The position numbers and the translations under genes were made by a program. The notes beneath the pieces are model-generated. The model did no database searches. It was not told the origin of the DNA and worked only from the letters and a program-made list of their open reading frames with translations. A DNA stretch of 64,000 nucleotides from Octopus sinensis (lineage: Eukaryota), in assembly GCF_006345805.1 (NCBI RefSeq), contig NC_043006.1, forward strand, positions 86,366,001 to 86,430,000, read 5' to 3'. Below are positions 12,201 to 24,225 of this stretch, in pieces; within the stretch, counting starts at the first letter, position 1; the number at the start of each line of letters is the position of its first letter.

Positions 12201-15039
12201 AGTGCCACCACCACTAACACTACCTCCAATGCCATTGTCAGTGCCACCACCACTAACACCACCTCCAATGCCATTGTCAATGCCACCACCACTAACACTA
12301 CCTCCAATACCATTGTCAGTGCCACCACCAATAACACTACCTCCAATGCCATTGTCAGTGTCACCACCACTAACACTAACTCCAATACCATTGTCAGTAC
12401 CACCACCACTAACACTACCTTCAATACCATTGTCAGTGCCACCACCACTAACACTACCTCCAATGCCATTGTCAGTGTCACCACCACTAACACCACCTCC
12501 AATGCCATTGTCAGTACCACCACCACTAACACTACCTCCAATACCATTGTCACTGCCACCACCAATAACACTACCTCCAATGCCATTGTCAGTGTCACCA
12601 CCACTAACACTAACTCCAATACCATTGTCACTACCACCACCACTAACACTACCTTCAATACCATTGTCAGTGCCACCACCACTAACACTACCTCCAATGC
12701 CATTGTCAGTGTCACCACCACTAACACCTACCTCCAATGCCATGTCAACCACCCACTAACACTACCTCTAATACCATTGTCAGTGCCACCACCACTAACA
12801 CTACCTCCAATGCCATTGTCAATGCCACCACCACTAACACTACCTCTAATACCATTGTCAGTGCCACCACCACTAACACTACCTCCAATGCCATTGTCAG
12901 TGCCACCACCACTAACACTACCTCCAATACCATTGTCAATGCCACCACCACTAACACTACCTCCAATGCCATTGTCAGTGTCACCACCACTAACACTGCC
13001 TCCAATACCATTGTCAGTGCCACCACCACTAACACTACCTCCAATACCATTGTCAATGCCACCACCACTAACACTACCTCCAATGCCATTGTCAGTGTCA
13101 CCACCACTAACACTGCCTCCAATACCATTGTCAGTGTCACCACCACTAACACTGCCTCCAATACCATTGTCAGTGCCACCACCACTAACACCACCTCCAA
13201 TGCCATTGTTAGTACCACCACCACTAACACTACCTCCAATACCATTGTTAGTACCACCACCACTAACACTACCTCCAATGCCATTGTCAGTGTCACCACC
13301 ACTAACACCACCTCCAATGCCATTGTCAGTGCCACCACCACTAACACCACCTCCAATGCCATTGTTAGTACCACCACCACTAACACTACCTCCAATACCA
13401 TTGTCATTGCCACCACCACTAACACCACCTCCAATGCCATTGTCAGTGCCACCACCACTAACACCACCTCCAATGCCATTGTCAGTACCACCACCACTAA
13501 CACTACCTCCAATGCCATTGTCAGTGTCACCACCACTAACACTGCCTCCAATTCCATTGTCAGTGCCACCACCACTAACACTACCTCCAATACCATTGTC
13601 AATGCCACCACCACTAACACTGCCTCCAATTCCATTGTCAGTGCCACCACCACTAACACTACCTCCAATGCCATTGTCAATGCCACCACCACTAACACTA
13701 CCTCCAATGCCATTGTCAGTGTCACCACCACTAACACTACCTCCAATGCCATTGTCAGTGCCACCACCACTAACACTACCTCCAATGCCATTATCAGTGT
13801 CACCACCACTAACACTACCTCCAATGCCATTGTTAGTACCACCACCACTAACACTACCTCCAATGCCATTGTTAGTACCACCACCACTAACACTACCTCC
13901 AATGCCATTGTCAGTGCCACCACCACTAACACCACCTCCAATGCCATTGTTAGTACCACCACCACTAACACTACCTCCAATGCCATTGTCAATGCCACCA
14001 CCACTAACACTACCTCCAATGCCATTGTCAGTGTCACCACCACTAACACTGCCTCCAATTCCATTGTTAGTACCACCACCACTAACACTACCTCCAATGC
14101 CATTGTCAATGCCACCACCACTAACACTACCTCCAATGCCATTGTCAGTGTCACCACTACTAACACTGCCTCCAATTCCATTGTCAGTGCCACCACCACT
14201 AACACTACCTCCAATGCCATTGTCAGTACCACCACCACTAACACTACCTCCAATGCCATTGTCAGTGTCACCACCACTAACACTACCTCCAATGCCATTG
14301 TCAGTGTCACCACCACTAACACTGCCTCCAATACCATTGTCAGTGCCACCACCACTAACACCACCTCCAATGCCATTGTTAGTACCACCACCACTAACAC
14401 TACCTCCAATGCCATTGTCAATGCCACCACCACTAACACCACCTCCAATGCCATTGTCAGTGCCACCACCACTAACACTGCCTCCAATTCCATTGTCAGT
14501 GCCACCACCACTAACACTGCCTCCAATTCCATTGTCAGTGCCACCACCACTAACACTGCCTCCAATTCCATTGTCAGTGTCACCACCACTAACACTACCT
14601 CCAATGCCATTGTCAGTGTCACCACCACTAACACTACCTCCAATGCCATTGTTAGTACCACCACCACTAACACTACCTCCAATACCATTGTCAGTGCCAC
14701 CACCACTAACACTACCTCCAATGCCATTGTCAGTGTCACCACCACTAACACTGCCTCCAATTCCATTGTCAGTGCCACCACCACTAACACTACCTCCAAT
14801 GCCATTGTCAGTGTCACCACCACTAACACTACCTCCAATGCCATTGTCAGTGTCACCACCACTAACACTACCTCCAATACCATTGTTAGTACCACCACCA
14901 CTAACACTACTTCCAATACCATTGTTAGTACCACTACCACTAACACTACCTCCAATTCCATTGTCAATGCCACCACCACTAACACTACCTCCAATACCAT
15001 TGTCAGTTCCACCACCACTAACACTACCTCCAATGCCAT
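9222..15039. repeat. Giant 39-bp tandem array, about 149 units
   Basis: Consensus gccattgtcagtgccaccaccactaacactacctccaat; phase broken only near 10244 and 12725-12745. Confidence 0.98.
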
Positions 15040-17096
15040 CACCACCACCTCTAATGCCATCTTCAATGCTGTAACTAAGGCTACACCCACTGACACCAGC
15101 ATCATTGTTTTATTATACTCAAATATGAAATATATAAAGTTTTATCAAGAAATGCAAATTACCAAACCTAAGTAGTTATGCTCATCCTGACCCCCATCTC
15201 CACCCCAGACTTCATAGCCCTCATAATGCATCACATACATTCTCAACTACACAAAGTTTTGCAGCAATGAAGGTTGTGGTAGAGGTAGAGAAAACAGACC
15301 TATCACTCAATGCCAGTATTTGTTGATGGATGAAGCAACAAAAATTTACAACAAAGGCAAATCTCATATTTATTTATTCATTTTAAAACTCTATATTGTT
15401 CTGTTTGAAACGTCTAGTTTTGAAATATCATATAATGGTCAAGCGGTCAGTTTGATGTTCACTACATAAGAACTGATGCTGTTCTGCTCTCTATCTAGTC
15501 CTTTTCTTTCCAATGATTTTCACTTCCCACATCTACTTTGGCCATTAAAACTCTAACACTGGTGATTTGGTAACAAACACGCCATCATATATACATTCCT
15601 GGTTGCTTTGATATTTTACATCGCTGCAGACATTTCTCATTGATTTGGTTTCCTGCTAGTTTTGTAGTAGTATTAGCAATAATAGTACCAATAGTAGTAG
15701 TAGTTACTATTATTGTAGTTGCTGTTGTATTTGTTATATTATTAAGATTGTAATTATTGCCGAGGGTTTTTTTATTGTCATAATTATATTGCAACTGCAG
15801 TTATATAAATATTGGTGTAGTTGTTGCTGTTAATTGCTTTTATTAGTTTTTTTTCTTGCTGCTCATTGTTGTTATAGCTATTGCTAAGGTGTATACTGTT
15901 ATTATAGTTAATGTTGCTGTTGTTGTATATTTTGTTACTTTCCATGTTACTAGGTCACCACAGAAATGGTATCTCCCTCTTTGGTTTACTCCCACTACAC
16001 CTCTCTTTCTTCCATTGACTCTCTTTAAATTCTTTGCCCACCCCAACTCATATGCTTCACCCTGTAATGTCCGCTTGCCCTTATACCTTCTGTCCAAAAT
16101 TCCTCTCATAATGTAAATAGCTCTGGACTCCCACTACATAACCTGCCTTATCTTTCCACTCTGTCCCCACCCTTTCTCACTAGCCCCAGACACTCATCCC
16201 TTTTATTCTCCCTTCCTTTCTACATTGTTATTTTCTACTACCACCTTCTCACAATTACAAATCTGTTTTTCATATCGTGCTCACCCTTCTATCATTACTC
16301 TCTCTCTCTCACTCTCTTCCATTCTTCTTCAGTCTTAGGAATCACTTTTGGTCCTTAGTCTTGCAAGTTGCAGGGTGATTTAATTTCTGCTGGCGCTATT
16401 CAAAAAGCAGCCAATACACTTTGTATGTAAAGTGGTTGATGTTAGGAAGGGTACCCAGCTTAGAAACCATTCCAAAAAAGACATTGAAGCATGATAAAGT
16501 CTTCTCACTCATCAGATCCTGTTTAGCTGTTCAACTCATGCAAGACGGGAAACAGGTGTTATGTAAGTAATGTTGTTGCGTTTAAACCGATTTTGCTTTT
16601 TTTTTTAATGCTACCCACAATTATATACAGTTATTATAGTTATTGCATAGGATATGCGGATATTTTGAAAATACCTCATATAGTATCAACTGTTCCTTGC
16701 ATAGTTATGGGATGCCCTTTGCTACTGCATAATACCTGTTCAACCACTCTACCAGGGAGACAGCAAAATCATGGGACTACAGCATGACAGATTTTGAAGA
16801 GGCAGCAGAAGAGCTCAACTGAGTTAATGGTGTTTCTTACATTGATGCTGAGTGGAGGAATCCTGGAAGATCAGGGGACAAGATCACCTAGCTCTATCAA
16901 GAGAGTAACTGCAACACATCCATAAGGGTGGAGTCCATAGTTGTGTAATCAGTTAATGAAAGATTCGCTATGATGAGTTCACATTCACATATGATGCTCC
17001 AAATTCACATTCATATTAATGGTATTGAATGGTGATAGTCATGGGAATTCACAAAAGCAGTGGGGAAAAAAATAGTTATTGATAAGGTGTATATTA

Positions 17097-17322
17097 CGAG
17101 ATGGCAGAATCGTTAGCACGCCAGGCAAAATGCTTAGAGGTATTTTGTTTGCCATTATGTTCTGTCTTCAAATTCTGCCGAGGTCTACTTTGCCTTTCAT
17201 CCTTTCGGGGTCGATAAATTAAGTACCAGTTATGCACTGGGGTCGATATAATTGACTTAATCCATTTGTCTGTCCTTGTTTGTCCTCTCTGTGTTTAGCT
17301 CCTTGTGTGTAGTAAAGAAATA
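17097..17322 (+). mobile_element. Family M SINE with 76-bp flanking direct repeat
   Basis: Near full-length SINE; direct repeat at 17021-17096 and 17323-17398 with 2 differences. Confidence 0.92.
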
Positions 17323-17719
17323 GGTATTGAATGGTGATAGTCATGGGAATTCACGAAAGCAGTGGGAAAAAAAATAGTTATTGATAAGGTGTATATTATA
17401 TTATCATAGTTGATATTGTATATTTTGTTACTCTTCTCTCTATTGTGATATTCAGGCCACTGCAGAGACAGCATCATGGCATACTATAATGCTTTGAAGT
17501 ATTTAATCTCTCTACATTCTAGGCTCAAATCCTCTGTTATCAAAGGTCAATAAAAATCAAGTACCACTAAAATACAAGGTGGAGGCTAACTTAGTGCTTA
17601 ATCAAAAAAAAATCATTGTTTGATCTTTGTCCTTAAAACAAGAAGCAGTTATTGAGGTTGATCGATCATAACTCTCACAAGGTTTATGACTGTGAGCATG
17701 TGTCAGAAATTGTTATTAA

Positions 17720-17834
17720 CCCTTTCATTACTGTATTTATTTTGAAATGCTCTGTGTTTCTTTCAATTACTTTAAACATAACAAAGAATTAAGTAAATAA
17801 CTTAGTTATTTCAGCTGGGTTGGTAACGAAAGGG
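17720..17834. mobile_element. piggyBac-type MITE (short version)
   Basis: TTAA on both sides; TIR CCCTTTC(A/G)TTAC; related to 51136-51356. Confidence 0.8.
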
Positions 17835-18124
17835 TTAATGGATCTGGGCATGGTTGTATGTTTTAGAAGTTTACTTTGCAAGCATGTGGTTTGGGGTTCA
17901 ATCTCACTGTACAGCACTTTGGACAAATATCTTCAATTATAAACCCCAGGTCAACCAAATATCTTTAAGTGAATTTGATTGATGGAAACTGAAAGAAGCT
18001 TCTTATGTGCATTTGTGTGTTTCTGTCTCCTTATCACATGTTAAATGCAAGTGAGCCTCACTGTCAGACACTCATTCATTTGCTGTCTTCCATTTTTGGT
18101 CATTGTGAGGTTTGTTTAAAAGAC

Positions 18125-18541
18125 TCTCTCTTTTACTCTTTTGCTTGTTTCAGTCATTTGACTGCGGCCATGCTGGAGCACCGCCTTTAGTTCGAGCAAA
18201 TCGACCCCAGGACTTATTCTTTGTAAGCCTAGTACTTATTCTATCGGTGTCTTTTGCCGAACCACTAAGTTGCAGGGATGTCAACACACCAGCATCAGTT
18301 GTCAAGCGATGTTGGGGGGGAACAAACACAGACGCACAAACATACACACACACACACACACACACATATATACATACATATATACGATGGGCTTCTTTCA
18401 GTTTCCGTCTACCAAATCCACTCACAAGGCTTTGGTCAGCCCGAGGCTATAGTAGAAGACACTTGCCCAAGGTGCCACGCAGTGGGACTGAACCCGGAAC
18501 CATGTGATTGGTAAGCAAGCTACTTACCACACAGCCACTCC
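18125..18541 (-). mobile_element. tRNA-derived CORE-type SINE (family C, octopus OR-like)
   Basis: Head GGAGTGGCTGTGTGGTAAGTAGCTTGC, GGTTCAGTCCC B box, CACCTTGGGCAAGTGTCTT core, internal (TA)/(TG) tract, (GAGTAAAA)-like tail. Confidence 0.9.
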
Positions 18542-19149
18542 TATGACTATGGAAGAATATTACCATACTTGGAAACAGATGAGTGCTGGTAACAGAAAGA
18601 GTAGTCTGTCAATAGAACAATCAGCCTCAATGAATTTTGTCTGACCCATGCAAGAATGGAAAGTAGACCTTATGCTGATAATGACGTAACGATGTTTCAT
18701 GCTAGTGCATTGCTCAACTAGAGACACCTTGTTGTTACAGTAATGTCTGTATGTTACATCAGTTTTGCATTGTTTTGGCATTTGTTATACTATTTCTACT
18801 GTTATTTTAGTCTTTTATCTGTCGGTTGTGTAGATTATGTAGAATATGTGTAATGTGATTGTGTTTTATGTCTGTTTTTCTGTAGACATGTTATCAAAGC
18901 ATCGTTTTAAGGTTTTATGCTCTTCTTGTTGTGTGCCCTTACTTGTTTCACAATTAAAGAATCTCTCACGTAGTTTCAAAAACACAAAAAAAGCAATGAT
19001 TTCTTAGTGAGTGATTTCAGCTGAGAGAAAATATAAAGAAGCACATATGCACATTCACATGCATATGATGGTTTTCTTTCAGTTTCCATTAACCAAATTT
19101 CATCACAATTGGGCTTATTGTATTTGGTGATTACACAAAATATTGTTAG

Positions 19150-19515
19150 TCATCATCATCATTGTTTAACGTCCGCTTTCCATGCTAGTATGGGTTGGAC
19201 GATTTGACTGAGGTCTGGCAAACCAGATGGCTGCACCAGGCTTCAATCTTGGTCTGGCAGAGTTTCTACAGCTGGATGCCCTTCGTAACGCCAACAGCCC
19301 TGAGAGTGTAGTGGGTGCTTTTACGTGCCACCGGCATGAAGGCCAGTCAGGAGGTACTGGCAATGGTCACGCTCAAATGGTGCTTTTTTATGTGCCACCT
19401 GCACAGCAGCCAGTCTAGCGGCACTGGCAACAACCTCGCTCAAATGTTTTTTCACATGCCACCAGCACAAGTGCTAGTAAGGTGATGCAGGTGACGATCA
19501 TGCTCGAATGGTGTT
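19150..19515 (-). mobile_element. RTE 3'-tail copy
   Basis: GGATGCCCTT..TAACGCCAAC motif with (CAT)n at the 3' end. Confidence 0.8.
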
Positions 19516-19884
19516 TTTAGTGTGGGTTTATATTATTAGGTATTAACTGTATAGAGTACATGCTGTGTGATGTTATATTTTTGAAGGATGACCATGTTGT
19601 AAATAGATGGTTGTGGTGTGTAGGCTGCTTTACATTATGGGTTTTGATTACATGCTATACAATACTGTCTAGTTTACTCTTTTACTCTTTTCTCTTTTAC
19701 TTGTTTCAGTTATTTGACTGCGGCCATGCTGGAGCACCGCCTTTAGTCGAGCAAATCGACCCCGGGACTTATTCTTTGTAAGCCCAGTACTTATTCTATC
19801 GGTCTCTTTTGCTGAACCGCTAAGTGACGGGGATGTAAACACACCAGCATTGGTTGTCAAGCAATGCTAGGGGGACAAACACAA

Positions 19885-19917
<33 letters not shown>

Positions 19918-20066
19918 CATATATACAACAGGCTTCTTTCAGTTTCCGTCTACCAAATCCACTCACAAGGCATTGGTTGGCCCGGGGCTATAGCAGAAGA
20001 CACTTGCCCAAGATGCCACGCAGTGGGACTGAACCCAGAACCATGTGGTTGGTTAGCAAGCTACTT

Positions 20067-22011
20067 TATTTTAATAATTTGCCACTAGGGCAGCACACAG
20101 AGTAGCTACGGGCTGGACAAGGACATTAATGGATGATGGTGGTGGTTGATGAAGATGGTGATGGGAGAAGTCAGAAAGCGCCCGCCGACTTTTGCTTCTC
20201 TAAAACAATGTTCTTCTTTTTTTTCAATAATTTACAAAATTTCAAAAATTACAAAAATTCAAAAAATTTTCACAAAAATTTCAATTTACAATTTACACTT
20301 TTAAAAGTCTCTTCAGAGGCAATAAACCTCTGTCACAATGTAACACAATTACAATTTTACGTTACCCGACTGATGAACTCTCTTGCTTTAATGATGCAAT
20401 CGTCCATCGTCAGGCTTCCGCATACAGGTATGACTTGCAAGAGATCCTCCGGGAAAGAATTCTCGATCCTGCACATATCATTTTCGAGTAGGACCTCCGC
20501 AGCCAGCTGCGAAGGCCACTCGGGATACTCCATGCAGGACCGAAGTCCCTCCCATTGGTTTCTCTTCCTCATCTTACCTATTTCGTTTTCTACAGTGCCT
20601 CCTTTATGGAAGAGGACTACATAAAATTTCTCCTGCATCACAACTGCCGGAGGACACATGGGAGACGCTGTCTGGGTGTTACAGTCCGCTGGTGGCATCC
20701 CGTTCCTCTTTTTCTTTTTCTTTTTACGCTGGGCCTTGGGAGGTTGAGGTTCCAGTGCTATACGCACCGGGTCCTCTTTTTCTTCCGCAGCCTCCGGTTC
20801 CTTTGGTGGGTCGCCATTGCTCCCCACTTTTCTTTTTCTTTTGGAGGAGGATTTTTCCCCCTCCTCACTTTGTTTCTCTCCCTCCATTGGTGGGGCAGGG
20901 ATAGGCTCTGATATTAACTTCTCCAGGATCCTACTCTGGTTCCTGGGGCAGTTTTTCTTAATGTGGCCGGTCTCCGAACACAGGTGACACTTGGGGGGGG
21001 GCGTCCCTCAAGCATCACTGGATACTTGGACCCAGCCATCTTCAAGAAGTCCGGCAAAACCAGACTCTTGGCCGACTGGGTCCACAGAGTCAAAGTAGCC
21101 TTTGCCCCTTCCCAGTCAGCCGCAGGCTGCATTCTCACGTTCAGGATCTTGGCGCTACCACCACTCAGACCCCGGCGGATGGAATCTTCCACCCACTCGG
21201 GCTCAAAGCCGGGCGGCAGGCCGCAGACCCATAATCGTATCAATTTTTCCCCCTTATAGCTTGGGAGAAACAGAATCTCTTCGCCCTCAATGGGCTTACT
21301 CGCGAAATCGCAAGCTGCTTTAGGGGAGTCAAACAGCAACCAAATCGTTGCGTATTTGGCTCCCCGTTGAATATGTTTAACGGCTGGCATATAGTCTGCC
21401 AGCTCGTTCATAATGGTGGCTTTCGGGAAAACCATTATGGTATTGAGCGACCTCGAATATGTCCTCAACACCACGGTTCTGTCCTCGAGCTCCTTTAAGT
21501 ACTTTTTGGGAGGTGTCAATTCCCACACAGTGAAATTCCTTGCCATAACGTAAGAAAAACAGTTAAAAATGTTACAAAATAAATTAGACACAGAAAGGAG
21601 AATGAAAAAAGCAATTTTTCTTTTTTTTTGTTCACTTTTTCGGCCAAAAATTGTATTCCAGGCCAAATACACTGTTGGTAAAACACCTTGGTAAAATAAT
21701 CCTTGGTAAATCCCGTGGATAACACAACGACAATTTCAAAAATAATTTTTGCAGACGGACTACGCCGCCTCAAAAACACAATTTTCTTTACACTCGACAA
21801 CAGGCAGAAAAATTATATCCGGAGCAAAGTGGAGCCTTATTATCTGCTAAAAAAATATTTAATGCTAAAAAACATTAATGCAAGTAATAAAACTTCACTT
21901 TGCTCGCAAAAACACAAAATGCCTACCTGCAGTCGAGTCGAAAGTTCAACAATTCACGTTGAAACAACATGGCATCTGGAGCAGCAAAATAACATGTCCG
22001 AACAGTTCAGA
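20067..22011 (-). mobile_element. ORF1-only non-LTR retroelement (HAL1-like)
   Basis: Perfect 16-bp TSD ggttagcaagctactt (20051-20066, 22012-22027); ~465-bp 5' UTR, single ORF1, ~290-bp 3' UTR ending A-rich; no RT or endonuclease. Confidence 0.85.
20357..21546 (-). CDS. L1/Tx1-like ORF1 protein (RRM-like plus CCHC knuckle), ~395 aa with one frameshift
   Basis: MARNFTVWELT...IRLWVCGLPPGF...EGRPP / KCHLCSETGHIKKNCPR (C-X2-C-X4-H-X4-C, 20948-20989); a C9 run at 20993-21001 joins track ORFs 20914..21672 and 20357..20887. Confidence 0.85.
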
Positions 22012-22203
22012 GGTTAGCAAGCTACTTACCACACAGCCACTCCTGTGCCTTGTTTGTTTCCTTTTGTCTTTTTTTATTCATGCTAAGTGTCTTATATCTA
22101 AATGGATTTAGATTAAGGTTTTAGTTTGTTGTTAATGTTGGTTTTCAGAAATATAATTGTTTACAGGATTTATTGGATTAATTATTAATTATAATTACAT
22201 TAT

Positions 22204-22438
22204 TATTTCTCTATTGCCCACAAGGGTCTAAACATAGAGGGGACAAACAAGGACAGACAAAGGGATTAAGTTGATTACATTGACCCCAGTGTTTAACTGG
22301 TACTTAATTTATCGACCTCGAAAGGATGAAAGGCAAAGTCGACCTCGGTGGAATTTGAACTCAGAACGTAACGGCAGACGAAATACCGCTAAGCATTTCG
22401 CCTGGCATGCTAACGTTTCTGCCAGTTCTCCGCCTTCA
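22204..22438 (-). mobile_element. Family M SINE
   Basis: Full length; 17-bp TSD aattataattacattat at 22187-22203 and 22439-22455. Confidence 0.92.
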
Positions 22439-22734
22439 AATTATAATTACATTATGGTGGATATGGTGTATAAGATTATGAAATGTATTATTTTATGGTT
22501 AGATGAATTGTATAGAATATGTAAATTGTTACTTGTATTGAAACTGCACTGCAGATATTGTTGTAGAATATGGGCCTATTGCTGTTTCTTTTATTTGAAA
22601 GTTATGCAATGCCATTGGCCTTTAACTCCCTGACAATCGTGAGAATGTCGTTGTGACTTAGATCATTTCTTGGGCATTTCTAGGCCTAGCAGAGTGTGTT
22701 TCTCTAGATCTGACTGTAGTTGATTTCTTCTAGA

Positions 22735-22764
22735 AGGAGAGAGAATGAGAGAGAGAGAAAGAGA

Positions 22765-22810
<46 letters not shown>

Positions 22811-22811
22811 A

Positions 22812-22844
<33 letters not shown>

Positions 22845-22845
22845 A
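22735..22845. repeat. (GA)n/(GAGAGAAA)n microsatellite
   Basis: Directly visible. Confidence 0.95.
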
Positions 22846-23059
22846 TTAGACTTCAGTACAGGATTGGTATATTATTGACCTTGAAAGAATAACAAAGTTG
22901 ACCTCAACATGATTTGAACTCAGAGCACAGGGATCTAGATTGATTACTGCAGAGCAATATATCTGATGCTCAAATGGGTCTGCTGAATGGCCACTTTATA
23001 CTTGAAATAAATATCCATTATTAAAAAAGCTATTTTCAAACACTAATTGTTTTTCTTCT

Positions 23060-23420
23060 ATTAACTGTTTTTGAGAATCTCTCCAATGTTATGTGGACAT
23101 TTGTCTATTGCCTTCAGTACTAATTCATTTGGGAAATTATATAGATGCTGGTCACAATAAAACTAAATATCATCTCTATATTTACCCTGTGGGGAATGCA
23201 ATTAAAAATGTCCAGGTCTCCTCTGGTGAAGCCAGGAACCAATTTGCATAATGGTTTCAATAGGATGTCCAGTAGATTGCTTGAACAATTAAGCATAGTT
23301 TTGAATCCAATGATCTAGGAATTTTAACATATAATGTATAGCAGTCCTTTAATCTGACATAGACTTCTGTAGATTTAAGAATTTTTGTTTTTCCATAAAA
23401 ATTGCTTTTTTGATGAGCTT
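23060..23420 (-). mobile_element. Penelope-like element, RT fragment (degenerate)
   Basis: FYGKTKILKS (cf. FYGLPKIHK), SNLLDILLKPLCKLVP, DLDIFNCIP and VTSIY motifs in broken frames. Confidence 0.6.
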
Positions 23421-23874
23421 TGCAGTAGAATTGAACCTAGATGATTTGAAGCAAACATCATAACCAACAGCCAAATATGCAGTAAAACTAAAGTGAAGTA
23501 ATATCTTAGGGCTGTTAGTACAGCATAATTGTTGGGCCATATGAATACTAGTAGAGTAGAAGTTAGGATCGTCATAAAGTATAGTGCTAAACGGATAAGG
23601 ACAGCAATATGGTATAGCTCAGTGGTTCAAACAAGGGTCCATATAAGATTATGTGTAATAAAATTATTTATACTTCTATAGTACATAAAATACTTTAACA
23701 AGTTTTTCTTTTTAAAATTCCTAAAAATATTTAATTATACAAGTATAATAGGATTCCTTAAAACAGTGAATGACTATGAGGGTCCACCCAAGTAAAATGA
23801 GACACAAAGGAGTTCAAAGACAAAAAAAACGGTTGAGAACTACTGGTGTAGGTGGTTGATGGTTAGGAATGAGT

Positions 23875-24069
23875 CATCATCATCGTTTAACGTCTGCTTT
23901 CCATGCTAGCATGGGTTGGATGATTTGACTGAGGTCTGGCGAACCAGACTCCAATCTGATCTGGCAAAGTTTCTACAGCTGGATGCCCTTCCTAACACCA
24001 ACCACTCCGAGAGTGTAGTGGGTGCTTTTACGTGCCACCGGCATGACGATAATAATAATAATAATAATG

Positions 24070-24104
<35 letters not shown>

Positions 24105-24147
24105 CATAATGACAATAGTAATAATAATAATAATAATCATAATGACA

Positions 24148-24178
<31 letters not shown>

Positions 24179-24225
24179 TAGTAATCATAATAATAATAAT
24201 GATGATAATGGTAACAATGATAGTA
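23875..24225 (-). mobile_element. RTE 3'-tail copy followed by compound (AAT)n microsatellite
   Basis: Tail motif at 23875-24045; (AAT)n with CAT/GAC variants to about 24225. Confidence 0.8.

Larger units (their letters stand above)
19672..22043 (-). mobile_element. Family C SINE split by a 1.95-kb insertion
   Basis: SINE body at 19672-20066; its 5' head resumes at 22012-22043. Confidence 0.92.

Noticed and set aside
9222-15039. CRISPR array
   Set aside because: Units are contiguous with no unique spacers, there are no cas genes, and the context is eukaryotic.
15400-15560. THAP-like FLCSEH motif (minus)
   Set aside because: An isolated short match surrounded by stops.
18112-18514. Recurrent ORFs such as ...CPRCHAVGLNPEPC
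   Set aside because: They are antisense or sense translations of family C SINE copies; the same peptide recurs wherever the SINE does.
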